Source: Euglena gracilis
Taxonomy: Eukaryota
NCBI GenBank assembly: GCA_039621445.1
Contig: CP154954.1
Coordinates: 26,958,123-27,022,122 of the forward strand
Length of the DNA stretch: 64,000 bases
Reading direction: 5' to 3'
Below, piece by piece: positions 1 through 11,229 of this stretch. The notes below the pieces were generated by a model. That model was not told where the DNA came from. It saw only the letters and a list, made by a program, of their open reading frames with translations, and did not search any database. Position numbers and translations under genes: made by a program. Positions within the stretch are counted from its first letter, which is position 1; every line of letters starts with the position of its first letter.

Positions 1-920
1 CCGTTCGCTGTTTTGGCCGCCGACACGCCTGGCCCGTCTTCCGGCGCGCCTTTGCTGCCCAAAACGGCCATTTTGGGGTGGTTTTTTTTGGCCGTTTTTT
101 GGCCAAAAAAAATCGGGGTTTCCAAAATATCTCGGCAATGAAGCAAAATCAAAGGAAAAGTGTAAAATGAAGCTCTTGGAATTCCCTATCCATCCATGGT
201 TACTTTTCCCCCAACTCTTCGTGTAGCCCGCGTTACGGCCATTTTCCGGCCAATCTTGGCCCATTTCAGGGACCATTTTGGGCTGTTTTCGGGGTCAAAA
301 AGTCGATGCTTTCAAAATATCTCGGAAATGAAGCAAAATCAAAGGAAATGTGCGGAGACCTAAATTGAAGCCCTTAAAATGCCCTATCTAACCGTATTTT
401 GATTTCCCCGCAACTCCCTGCCTAGCCCGAAATATGGCCAATTTACGTCCCAAAACAGCGCGGCAGTCGTGCGTGCCGTTTTTAGCCCTATTTAGGGTCA
501 AAAAATCGATTTTTCTCAAATTACTCAAAAATGGTGGGGAATCAAAGGAAATGTCCGGAGACCTAAATTGAAGCCCTTAAAATGCCCCATCTAACGGTAT
601 GTTTATTCCCCCGCAACTCCCCGCCTAACCCAAGTTATGTCCATTTTTCAGCCAATCTGGGCCATTTTGTACAGTTTTGGCCTGTTCTGACCATTTTCGG
701 ACATTTTTTGGGTCAAAAAGTCGAAAAAAATCGAAAAAAAATCTTGCCTGAAAGGATGTTATTTGGCCTCCGGGACCCGGAAAAACTGTTTTTGAGCCGA
801 AAATGAGCGTTATTCCCCCCCCCCCCCCCCCGGCCCCCCGTTTTTGGCCCGAAACCCATGGAGTTGGGGTCAAAAACGGGTCAAAAAAGTCGGGAAAAAA
901 TCCCATAACTCCGCCTCTGC
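1..920. repeat. Dispersed repeat with ~200-bp internal tandem subunits; related copy at ~34690-35390
   Basis: A motif of the form AAATATCTCGGAAATGAAGCAAAATCAAAGGAAATGT...GAAGCCCTT recurs at ~125, ~316 and ~525. Bases 1-80 align by eye with 34722-34800. Confidence 0.8.
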
Positions 921-1781
921 GTCCGAGCCATGTTTTCAGTTTTACAGTGGAAAACCGTGCAAGGTATAGAGCTCAGCACTATTCATAACCTAGTTGTGGG
1001 ATCAGGAAATCAAATTTTCAGTATCTTGAATTGTTATTGTTGTTGTTGATGTTGCTGCTGCTGCTGCTGCTGTTTCGGCTGTGAATTTGTACAGATGGAA
1101 AGAGTATGATAACAACGAAACCACGGAGCAAGTTTACCGCCTGTTTCCGCCGAAGTTGAGTCATTTGCAGTGCATGTCTTGCAGTGAGACTCCCAGAAGG
1201 TTCTTGATGTTGGGCTCTGGACTGGCTTCGCTCCTGTGCTGGCACAGCCTGAGCAGGACAGAACGACGCTCAGGGACTGCCGTCCCTCCCATGTCCATGG
1301 CCACCCTTTCCAAAGTTTTTGGGCTGAAGGCTTTTTTGTGTGTGCAACTTCATGAGATATCTCTTGGACCTTTTGTTTTCGCAGATTTTTTCTACTTTCT
1401 TGGAACTTTCTTTTTTGGAATTTTTTTATAATTTCGGGAAATATTTGCTTTGTGGCACTTTATGTCCAGTGGGAATCTCCAAGCTGAAAGAATAACGTTA
1501 GAATTAAAGCTGAGGAAGATGGCAGACAGCTTTTTCTCCCAGAAACATTTATTTAATTCTGCTGGTCAAGAGCATCAAAACACCTGCACTGGGGGGGGTT
1601 ATCCGGGGCCCCCACCTGTTTCCCGGCCACGCCACCCCCTGGAGCCTCCCGCTGGCCGGAGGCCGGCGAACACCCTTCGCCTCATCTCCCTCCAATTGCA
1701 CCGCACAGAAGGCTGGCCGGGGGGCAGGGAGACGGATGGGATGCTTTGTGGGTTGGTCTTGCCCCCTCTGTGCTTGCACAG

Positions 1782-1883
1782 GCTCACCCCTTTGGGGGAG
1801 GGAACACGACACCCAGTCGGAGTCGGAGGGGAAAGGATCGGGAACCTTTCCACGAGGCTGCATAGCCGGTGACATAATGGTCT
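1782..1883 (+). CDS. Candidate upstream exon of the RRM gene (..SPLWGREHDTQSESEGKGSG...DIMV)
   Basis: Pyrimidine-rich acceptor ending GCACAG at 1781. Open in the same frame as the 2151 exon if joined by a nonconventional intron at 1884-2150. Gene start not resolved. Confidence 0.45.
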
Positions 1884-2150
1884 GGCGGCGGGCCCACATT
1901 ATGGAATGGATTCTGGTCCAAAAAGAGCACAGACACAGGGGAAGAGCGGGCAGAACCCACAGGAGCTTTTTTCCCCGTTTGTTTATTTATGGCAGCAGCA
2001 GGAGGTTGGCAGGCCATCCGGGGGGGGGGGGGAGGCTGCCGACCACCCGCTCGCCAAGCCCACCTCAACGTGTGACGCGCAACGTGCGACGGTGACGTTG
2101 TCGCGTCACCGCCCGCGGGGCGGGGCGGCGGGGGGTGGCTCCGCCGCGGG
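1884..2150 (+). other. Candidate nonconventional (non-GT-AG) intron
   Basis: GCGGCGGGCCCAC (1885-1897) pairs with GTGGCTCCGCCGC (2135-2147) at 12/13 positions, including one G-U. In the +4..6 / -8..-6 register the join is in frame (MVSRSGTNVY). Confidence 0.45.
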
Positions 2151-2309
2151 CGCGGTCGGGGACCAACGTCTACATCTCCAACCTGCCGGAGGGCGTCACG
2201 AAGGAGGACCTGGAGCAGCTGTTCACGCCCCACGGCACGGTGCTCAGCTGCCGCGTTGCCAAGAAGCCCGGGCAGTGCCCGATCGGCTTCGTGCAGTTCA
2301 CCGACGCAG
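2151..2309 (+). CDS. RRM protein exon: N-terminal part of RRM1 (TNVYISNLPEGVTKEDLEQLFTPHG...IGFVQFTDA)
   Basis: RNP2 (VYISNL) and RNP1 (GFVQF) motifs. GT donor at 2310. The 5' boundary is tentative. Confidence 0.92.
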
Positions 2310-2577
2310 GTGTGGGGGGGGGGGGCGGTCGGCCACCACGCCGGCTGGGGTTGCCGGTGATTGTCATGTTGTTGTTTTGGGTGGAGGTCAAGGATGCCAG
2401 ATTTTTTCCGGGTTGGGTCGGCTAAGGAGGCGAAAAGTGGCCCAGCTAAGGAGGCGAAAAGTGGCCCACTGAGCACCAAAGGTGCACCTTTCCCAACCGT
2501 GGGGGTGGGTGGGTGGGTGGGTGGGTGGCTTGCCGAAATACCCCTCCCCCCGGACTTCCAACAAACCTCGGGTGGGG

Positions 2578-3062
2578 CCGTACCAGGCTCAAGGTCACCC
2601 ACCCCCTGGGTGGTGACTGACTGGTTTTTGGTTTTTGGTTCGAGAAGGGGAGGGAGGTGGAAGGGGAGGTGGGGATGGGGTCCGGGGGGGGGGGGCTGGA
2701 ACCAAAAACCTGGCGCATTGCTCATGATGCTTTATCATTTTTTATTGTTTTTTTTTTTAGAGAAATCACCTGAAAACGCAATTTCGGGCCGTTTTTGAGG
2801 CCTCAAAAAATTGTCCGCGCTTCACGCCAGGTTTAACACCCCCCTCCCCCAGGTTTGGCCAACGAGCCCGGCACCGAAGGTGCGGATATTTTTTTTGACT
2901 TTTTTTGGCCAAAAACCATTTATTTGAGCACTTTGGCCTGAGTGGACAAAATGACCGACCCCCCCCCCCCCGGAGGGATCGGAAGTGGGTGACTGGTTTT
3001 TGAGAAGAGAATGACTGGTTTTTTGAAAGCCACCCCCGGGTGGTCGGTAAGCACCGGTATGG
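2578..3062. mobile_element. Non-autonomous repeat (GTGACTGACTGGTTTT family) in an intron; relatives at ~8595-8897, 24545-24650 and 25040-25162
   Basis: Shared GTGACTGACTGGTTTTT motifs. The copies at 3062, 8897 and 25162 share a GGTC..AA...GTATGG end. Confidence 0.65.
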
Positions 3063-3097
3063 TGCCCATGCCTCGGATGCCCCCCACCGCGCCGCAG

Positions 3098-3209
3098 CAA
3101 TGGCGCAGGCGGCGGTGACGGCGGTCAACGGGATGATGATGGACGACGGCCGCTTCATCCGCGTGAAGCTGGCGGACCGCGACAAGGACAAGGGCGTCAT
3201 CAGCGGGCC
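3098..3209 (+). CDS. RRM protein exon: C-terminal part of RRM1 (AMAQAAVTAVNGMMMDDGRFIRVKLADRDKDKGVISG)
   Basis: AG acceptor at 3096-3097. Phase matches the 2310 donor. Completes RRM helix 2 and strand 4. Confidence 0.9.
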
Positions 3210-3839
3210 GCCCGGCCCCGGCCTCTGGGCGGCTTGCGCTGGACGCGCATGGGCCCCTACCGGCGGTGAACGGCGGAGCCAAGGTGGGTTGGGGTCTGTG
3301 GGGGAGGAAGCTTGGGCCTCGGGCTTGGAGGCGACCCACCCCACGGTCGCCGTGGGCAGGTTGCAAACCAGTCGTCGTGGCCTGGACCGTTCATGGACTG
3401 AACCCCTGTGGGACCCGGGTGCCACGTTGGGCCGGGGGGTGCTGCCATCATCTACGCAGGAGACAACCCAGGCGGCACAACGTGGGACATGCTGCCGCTG
3501 AATTTGCGGAGTGACACCTCCACAGATTTGCGTAAGGCTTCCGTCAGGGTTCACTTGGTGGTGCCAAGCTGCCAAAGGGCAAGGGTACAACTGACCCCCC
3601 CCCCCCCCCCCAAGGTGGGAGATGGGTCGTGGGTTTTCGAGAGAGGGCGGATGGGTATGGGCTGCCGCCTTCGGGGGGTGGGTTGCACCACAATTGCCCA
3701 AACAATTTTCAGGGTCTTTGGCCGATTTCGGGTGGCTTTGGGTTGGTGAGTGGGAAGGTTGCGGGTGACTTCAGTGGGTGACCCCCCCATCAGCAAGCGA
3801 ATATGGTCCAGATGCAGAGGGGAGGGCGGGGCCGGCCAT
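3210..3839 (+). other. Nonconventional intron (C|G...T|G, paired ends)
   Basis: CCGGCCCCG (3212-3220) pairs with CGGGGCCGG (3827-3835), and CCTCTG pairs with CAGAGG. CGG at +4..6 pairs with CCG at -8..-6. Y|R at both junctions. In-frame join ISGPSPDLYI. Confidence 0.85.
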
Positions 3840-3958
3840 GTCCCCCGACCTCTACATCTGCAACCTTCCCCCGGAGTGGTCCTACGCCGAGCTGCATGCC
3901 ACGTTCTCCATCTATGGCCGGATTCTGTCCCTCACAATCTTCAAGGACAGCGGCAATG
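3840..3958 (+). CDS. RRM protein exon: N-terminal part of RRM2 (SPDLYICNLPPEWSYAELHATFSIYGRILSLTIFKDSGN)
   Basis: RNP2 motif LYICNL. GT donor at 3959. Confidence 0.9.
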
Positions 3959-4530
3959 GTGTGCGGCCCAAACGCAGCGGTGGGGCCACTCATATGATGC
4001 ACGTCCCTGGCACAGGACAGGGTCTCGGGTGCCTGCTGGCACCTCCCGTGTACAAATTTATGGGAATCTTATCCGAGTCATGGATGGTACATTTTCTTCT
4101 CATTGACAGAGTGGACCAGCGGGTGAATTTTTGATTTTTTGGTGTGTTGGCAGCACCAAGGCCCTTAGCGATTGTGACAGGTTGGGCATTGCTAGGGACC
4201 TGGACAATTTCTTCTTTCGGGGAGGGGGGACGAGATGTAAGAGATAATTTATTTTTATTATTTTTTGCAATTGGGTTGAGGGTTGGCTCCAGAAATTCAA
4301 TGTTCAATTTGAACCAGTATTTCCCAACCCTCCCAATATAAAAATAACACCCCCCTGCCAATAGAAGCGCGGGTCTGCTACAAGTGCAGGTTCCAAATAG
4401 AAGCGCACCCCCTTCGGCGGCGGTCCGCTACAAGCGCACCCTCCTTTTTGATGGAATGAAAGATATCAGCAAAAATTGCACTGGAGGGTCCAAATAGAAG
4501 CGCACCCGTGCTGCTTTGGGTGGTTCATGG

Positions 4531-4648
<118 letters not shown>

Positions 4649-5331
4649 GACCCCGGGTCTAATTTTAGGGTCTGTTGCTGAAAACCACAAGGGGGATCTT
4701 ATTTTGTGTGGGGGGGTTATTTTCGTATTTTTTGGTGAAGATTTCGCCGAAAAAAACCTTCTCGAGGAAGGGTCCGAAAATTAGCCCCAAAAAGATGATT
4801 TTTGGCAATGAGCAAAAAAAATGCCCCCCAAAATGCCAAATTTAGACAGTTTTGTCTCTTGTATTTCCCGCAAATATCCTGGGGGGGGTCTTATTTTGGG
4901 GGGTCTCGTTTTTGGATTTTTTTTTGCTGAAAATCGACAAGGGGGGTCTTTTTGGGGGAGGGAGTTTACCACGTCCGCTAAAAATCCCTACGACACAGGA
5001 TTTTGCGCCGATTTTGCAAACCTCCCCTCCAAACATCCCCTGCCCACAGCCACATTGGCAGAACCATCGAAACGGATGCCCATTTGCCCCAGAAATGGTG
5101 GAGACCTTCTGGCCTTTGGCGCCTTCCGTTTCCGGCAGGATTGACTCTCGCGTTTCCCCCGTCACTTCCCCGCCGGTTTCCACAATTTCCTTAGAGGTCA
5201 TGGGTGTCCATTCCCCGGACCCCGAAGGTGAGGGCCCGGCAGGGTCACCGTGGCCGCGTCGGGGGGTTTTCCGGCCCACCCCCTCCCACGGCTCACCTTG
5301 CCACCGTTCCCGTTGCCGCCCCGCCCCGCAG

Positions 5332-5377
5332 GGGGGAGCCCGGGCAGCGGCATGGTGCGGTACTCCACGACGGGGGA
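5332..5377 (+). CDS. RRM protein short exon carrying RNP1 of RRM2 (GGSPGSGMVRYSTTGE)
   Basis: AG acceptor at 5330-5331 after a pyrimidine-rich tract. Phase matches 3959. GMVRY is an RNP1 variant. Confidence 0.85.
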
Positions 5378-5520
5378 GGCCAGGGCTGGCTGCGACCCTG
5401 GAAACCATGCGGGTGGCAGGGTTGGGCCCGCGGAGCAGTGCCCCCCCCGGGGGGAGGGGGTCACCAAGTGAGCCTCCCCCCAGGTGCCCCCACCAGGCTT
5501 TCCTATTCAGCCCTGGGGGC
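5378..5520 (+). other. Nonconventional intron (CAG at +4..6, CTG at -8..-6), hAT-MITE-like
   Basis: CAGGGCTG (5381-5388) and CAGCCCTG (5508-5515) form a perfect inverted repeat. The join gives EAAAAIQALN, the expected RRM helix-2 spacing. Confidence 0.88.
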
Positions 5521-5698
5521 AGCGGCGGCGGCCATCCAGGCGCTGAACCGCCGGCACCTCCCCAACATGGACCGCCCGCTGGAGGTGAAGTTCGCGGAGA
5601 GCCGCGCGGAGAAAGACCGGCGCATTGCGAGCCGCATGGACGGCGTGCTGGGCAAGGGCGCCTCTGGCAGCGAGGGGTCGGAGTCGGGGTCAGCCGAG
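5521..5698 (+). CDS. RRM protein exon: end of RRM2 (AAAAIQALNRRHLPNMDRPLEVKFAESRAEK...GSAE)
   Basis: ELAV/CELF-like AIQALN...PLEVKFA ending. GTAGG donor at 5699. Confidence 0.9.
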
Positions 5699-5991
5699 GT
5701 AGGCCCATCCCCCCCGCGCCTTCGAAGTGTTCAAAAAGTGTTCAAAGATTCATAAATTTGTTTTTGAACGCGAATGTGGCGGAAGCCGCTGCTCCCTGGC
5801 AATGCCGCCCCAAAATGCAGAAGCCCATGCGTTGGGAGGCCTAAGGGCGGATCTGCTCAGGGCTTTTGAGCTGCTTTCCCCGCACCTGCTGGACTGATTG
5901 GTGGACTGGTTCCTTGTTGGGAAGGAAGTAGTGGCGGGTAGTTGGCGGTGGCGTGGCGGCACATCCTTCAACTGGGGGTGTGGAGTTTGGT

Positions 5992-6605
5992 CCCCCCCCC
6001 CCCCCCCTTGTCCAACGACCGGGCTTGTCTAACGACCACCCCCCCGGTCAGAGACGATCTTTTTGTTTACGATGTTGGTTCGGCCAAAATTGCTAAAAGT
6101 TGGCTAAAAACAGTCAAAAATAGCCCAAAATGGCCTAAAATGTTGCACCTTTGGCCAAGGGATGGCCAAAGGTGCCCAAAAAGTTGCCAAAAATAGCAAA
6201 AATAAGGCAAAAATGGCCAAAAGTAGCCAAAAACAGCCTAAAGTGGCCAAAAATGGGCAAAGGGGGCCAAAGTCTGGCCAACAGTTGCCAAAAGTGGCCA
6301 AAAGCGACCAAACATGGCGAAAAGCGGTCAAAAATGCCTAAAAATTCCCAAAAGTGCCCCAAAAATGTCCAAAAATGGCCAAAAGTGGCCAACCGTAGTC
6401 AAGAAATAGCATAAATGGCCAAAAACAGCCCAAAAAATGGCCATATACCCCTATCTATGGTAAATTTTCCTCCGATTTGGGGTCCACCCCCCTTGTCTAA
6501 CGACCACCCCCCCTGGTCGGAGACGAACATTGGCCATTTTAGCGACCGCCCCCCCCCCCCGGTCGGAGACGAACATTAGTGGTCGTTGGACAAGGGGGGG
6601 GGAGG
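5992..6605. mobile_element. MITE with terminal inverted repeats (TIRs) C(n)TTGTCCAACGACC / GGTCGTTGGACAAG(n) and an internal TGGCCAAAA-type tandem array
   Basis: TIRs read directly. A related ~105-bp element at 25748-25852 is flanked by TA on both sides. Confidence 0.75.
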
Positions 6606-6865
6606 TAGGATGGTTTTGGCCTGGCGCGAAGGGCAGGCCGGTCCTGGACCCCCGCAGGAACCCCCCCCCCAAAATTTCTGGCGCTTCCACCGGGGAAGAT
6701 GAAATTTTTGGTGTATGTTTTGACTGATTTTTCAAAAAAAAAAAGAGTGCAAAACACGAGGGAGGTCCAGATCCCCCTCCTCCCCGCTCACTTGATACCC
6801 TGCCCCCCCCCATGTCCGTAAATAACTTCTGGCGGGGTGCCAACGCAATCCCTGTCCCTGTGCAG

Positions 6866-7021
6866 GATGCGGACCTAAAGCACATGGGTGTGGAGTGGCC
6901 CGGGGCGGGGGACGTCATGGCCCACACCAGCCATGCGGAGCCCGCCAAGAAGCCGCTTGACGCGATGTGCCCGATGGAGCAGTTCTCCCTCCCGCTGGGC
7001 TGTGTGTCGAAGTCGAAGAAG
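6866..7021 (+). CDS. RRM protein exon (DADLKHMGVEWPG...GCVSKSKK)
   Basis: TGCAG acceptor and AAG|GT donor. Phase 0/0 fits both neighbours. GC3-rich codons. Confidence 0.75.
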
Positions 7022-7300
7022 GTCGACCATATGTGGCGCAACTCCCCTAAGATGGGTTCAATAGGCCGCGAATGGCTGAGAAGGTTGCCCATCATTTTTG
7101 TTTCCCATCATGCCTGTCCGCACTGCACAGGTGCAGACAAGCCATCCCCCCCCCCCCCCAATAACACCATAACATCCCCAGTGCCTGAAATACCCCCCCC
7201 TTTGCCTAAGCACCACCGTGGCAGAGAGCAGGAAACAAAAGATTGTTCCAGTAACCGGGCACATCCCCTTTTTTGAAGGCAAGGAAGCTCGTGGCCCAAT

Positions 7301-7810
7301 AACCCCCCCCCCCAAATATAAGAAACCCCTCGCTATAAGAAACCCCCAAATATAAGAAAACCCTCGCTATAAGAAACCCTTTGGCCGATTTTCAGCCGAC
7401 ACCCAAATATAAGAAACCCCCGAATATAAGAAACCCCTAGGCTGTTGGACGCTAATCCATATATAAGAAGCCCCTCGTCTCTTGCGAATCTTTCTTTCAC
7501 CGACATCACTCCCAGATTCCGAAATTACACTCCACCACTTTCTTCTGGACTGATGGAATGATCTGATTCAGCATAAACACGCTCCAGGGCCTCAAAAGCC
7601 ATTAGACATGAAGAAAATCCTACACGCCGTGGTCATATGTAATTAATTACTTGAAGGAACCAAAGGAGGAAAAAGTTCCATTTATAAGAAACCCTTGGGG
7701 CCTGCCTTCGACACCCAAATATAAGAAACCCCCAAATATAAGAAACCCTTTGGGCCGATCGACTGACATCCAAATAAAAGAAACGGGTTTCTTATATTTG
7801 GGGGGGGGTT
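7301..7810. mobile_element. MITE with TIR AAC(n)AAATATAAGAAACC and many TATAAGAAACCC subrepeats; second, inverted copy at 47079-47530
   Basis: TIRs and an alignable unique core are present in both copies. Confidence 0.9.
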
Positions 7811-7866
7811 TAACTTGGCAGGGGGGAAGGTGAAAAAAAGGTCCCCACATTTTGGCACCGTGCCAG

Positions 7867-7964
7867 ACTATTTGGGATGGGTTGACACACACAATGCGGC
7901 GGCGCTGCTTGATGAACCTCTGCAACGATGCGAAGGCCACCCTGCCTCCGTTCGCCCCTCAGGG
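7867..7964 (+). CDS. RRM protein exon (TIWDGLTHTMRRRCLMNLCNDAKATLPPFAPQG)
   Basis: CCAG acceptor and GTATGC donor. Phase 0/2 fits the neighbours. Confidence 0.65.
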
Positions 7965-9681
7965 GTATGCTGCTCTGGAAAAATGTGCCACACGCTCTTC
8001 TTAGTCATTTTTTTTGCATGAGGGAGAGGCTATGAGGGACAGGCGACTGCGATGGTTTTTTTTGCGATTTGCTGCTGTATTTCCCCCCACAATTTTTAAT
8101 GTGCTTTGCTTTGCATTGTTGAATGTTGCTTTGCTTTGTTGCATCATTGCAATTTCCTTTCTTTGTCATAGTATGTGCAAAATTATGATTTGTTGGTTGT
8201 TCATGTTTTGTTCAAATTTTCATTCATTCTTTTATCCAGAATTAGCAAAAATGTAAAAAATAAAATCCCAATTTTAACACATCCTCTTTTTGGTCTTAAA
8301 ATAACAATTTTAAGACCCTGGCAGCGCAAAGTGCTGGCAACTGTGTAAAAAAGTCAGCCTGGGAATAATTTTTTTGGGGGCGGCGTTGTCTTTGGAGGAG
8401 GGTCTGTGATGGGTGGGTGGGGGGGGGGGAAGCGGTTGGTTGTAGGAAGGTATGGTTTGGTGAGTGGTCAAAAAGATGAGAGGAGTTTTTTAAAGACTTT
8501 TTTTTGGCCATTTTAGGGGTCACCCGTTAGGGACCTCATTTCGGCGGTTTGGCGGTTGCACATTCGTTTGGATCAAACCATTGTATAAGGTGTATCCGAC
8601 CGCACCCCCTGGGGGGGGGGGTGACTGACTGGTTTTTGACTGCAGACCCTCCCCAAGGGGGTGGGGTCGCCAAAATGGCCGAAAGTAGCCACCCTGCGAC
8701 GAATGCACTGGGTTTTTTTTTTGATTTTTTGACCAAGATTCTTTGATTTTTGGGCATTTTTGACCCAGTGGCCAGAGTGACCGATCCCCCAGGGAAGGGT
8801 AGGAAGTGGGTGACTGATTTTGAAAAGTGACTGACTGGTTTTTTTGAAAGTGGAAAGCGACCCCCCTCCCCCGGGGGTCAGCAAGCAATGGTATGGCTTG
8901 GATACCGCGCACAATTATGGCGCTGCACATTTATTGGGGGTTTGCACGATCTTTGACGGGGGGGGGGATTTGGCGGGTTCCAATTTTTTCAAAGTTCTAT
9001 AACAATTTATCTGCCGATTTTCAGCATTCTGCTGGCAGATGCCTTTGATGGAAAAATCATTTTCAATGCTCTGTAAAATTTTCTCGTGCCCAAAGTTTCT
9101 CGAACCAAAGGGCCAGCCACGAATGCCAAACATTAACCATTTTATGTGTGTTTTTTCTGAATCAAAAATGCACAAAGTAGAATTACAGTTTTGTGCGGGT
9201 TCCTTGTGCTTGCTGTGGCAGGCCTCAATATAGCATTGTTGTATGATGTTACATCTTGCCTGGTACATCAAAGCCGCAGGGCACCCCCCCCACAGCAAGC
9301 CAGCACATCGAACAATTGCATGACGCCTGGGTAGATGCCCAGGAGAATCATACTTGTTTGGAAAGGGGCCGAAGCAATCCACAAGGCAAAGCCTCCCTCC
9401 TCGCCATCTCGCACCCGGCTGAAAAAGCAAAAGACAGCAGGGACCCCATGTGGTCATCTGATGCTCTGGTCAAGTTTTGCCATTCAATCCCTGGAAACCA
9501 GCTGTGAAACCAGGTCTCTTGATCCCCAACACAATCCCCAGACATGAAAAATTCCAAAACTGGAAGGGGTTGCGAGCTCCCCTCCAACTCTTCTGTTTCG
9601 GCGGCGTTGCTGGGGTCCAAAGGTGCAGCATGTCTCCAAAACAGACCACTTTCCATGTCTCCTCCCTCCCCTCTCTCTCAG

Positions 9682-9809
9682 GGCCAAGGGGTTGCAATAT
9701 CCAGATGGGACAGATGGAGCATTTTACGCCACGTCCCCGACCAAGAGCCTCTCTTCCATCGGTAATAGCAGCGACGGCATTCCGCAGTCCTTCTGGGACA
9801 GCGTGCAAG
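9682..9809 (+). CDS. RRM protein exon (AKGLQYPDGTDGAFYATSPTKSLSSIGNSSDGIPQSFWDSVQ)
   Basis: Strong polypyrimidine tract plus CAG acceptor. AAG|GTGTGG donor. Phase 2/1 fits. Confidence 0.7.
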
Positions 9810-11229
9810 GTGTGGCGGGCGAAATGCACTCTGGGGTGTGAGAAATGCACATTAGGCAATGCACAATTTGTCCTGATTCAAATAGGAGAGAATATTTTTT
9901 ACAGGGTCTTTTTTTTGCGCAGTGAAGTTTGTGTCTGAGATTCGATAGGTGCATATTGTCGGGCACTGCATACCACTGTGTGCAGCAATGGGACGATCAA
10001 GCGTTTCCCCATGCCAATTATAAGTTTTCCGCTTTTTTTTAAGGATTAAAAATGCATAAAAGAACAGGAAAATTAAATGAAAGCATTTTAAACAGCACAG
10101 GCAGATTTTTGATATTGTATTTATTATTTTTATATTGCATTTAGAATTGAATTTTTTTGCTGGACAAGAAGTTTGATTTTTTTAAAGTTCAAATGATTGG
10201 ATGGCTGAGTCTCAACTAACCCACAGGGGCAGGGATATCTGGGAAGCCCTGAGGACCCCAACAACGTGGGGGAGGGGGAGGCTCCTCCTTCCTCGAAACA
10301 GACAAGGATTTAAGAAGTTTTCGGTTCGGGAGCTTGCTGAGGGTGAAGATGCTGGCACAATTTTGTTGAAAAACCCCTGATTTTGTTGAGGCAGTTTCAA
10401 AAAATGTAGTTTCGTGCACTGTTCCAGCATTTTGCATATAGAGAATACCAAAGATTTCAAGGCACGGCTGGATCAATTCTTTGAAATCAATTGTACATGC
10501 CCATTCTTGTTCTGAAATTTTTATGGTAATTCTTATCCCCAAATACGTCATGAAGCTTTAAAGAAATAAAGTAAGACGCATACAAAAAACCCGTTATTTT
10601 TTCAAACAAAACAAGCAAAATTATGTGGTTAAAAAACACGATGAGAATAAAAAAAGCACTACAAGCAAACAGGTGTAATTTTCACTATGAAACAAAGAGG
10701 AGTTTGCACCCAAGGAATCTTGTGAAAACTCTCCTTCTGTCCTCGTTCCCCCCATTTAAAAAAATGGGTCTGATTTTTATATATGCATTTGATGGTGATT
10801 AGGGGAGTCAATCAAGTATTTCAATTTGTTTACAAAACCTATCCCTAGGTGTCTTTTCTTGAAAAAGAAAGCAAAAAAATCCCTCTCCCAACCCCCCCCC
10901 CCAGAGTGGGTGGGACCCCCCACTCCCTGGTCTTTAATTAGAACACAAATGTGAGTGTCAGAGTTCAGCCAAAGAAGCTCAGAATTGAGAGAAACAATCG
11001 CTTTTCTGACCCCCCCCCCCCCCCGGGAGAGGGGGCGGCTGCCTGGCTTTTTTTTTTGCCTTCAGCGGGACTGCCTGGGCTTTCCCCAAACCCCTCAATT
11101 CCTCAATTCCCAGGGGGGGGGGGTCGGTCAATCATTGCAAAGGCTCGACCCTGGGCCCCCAAGCCAAACCCTGTCTTAGTGACGGTCTTCGTGACCGGCG
11201 GCCTCCACCCACCCCCAACCCCCTCCCAG

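Noticed and set aside
1095-1720. Further upstream exons of the RRM gene
   Set aside because: Acceptor-like sites and open frames exist, but no junction consistent in both phase and pairing could be established.
1784-2725. 313-aa minus-strand ORF and similar long G/C-rich ORFs (2766-3701, 4842-5708)
   Set aside because: They are antisense shadows of GC-rich exons and repeats, with no recognisable domain.
9222-9246. Alternative terminal exon GPQYSIVV* of the RRM gene
   Set aside because: It is phase-compatible, but the 9682 acceptor is much stronger and leads to further phase-consistent exons. It cannot be fully excluded.
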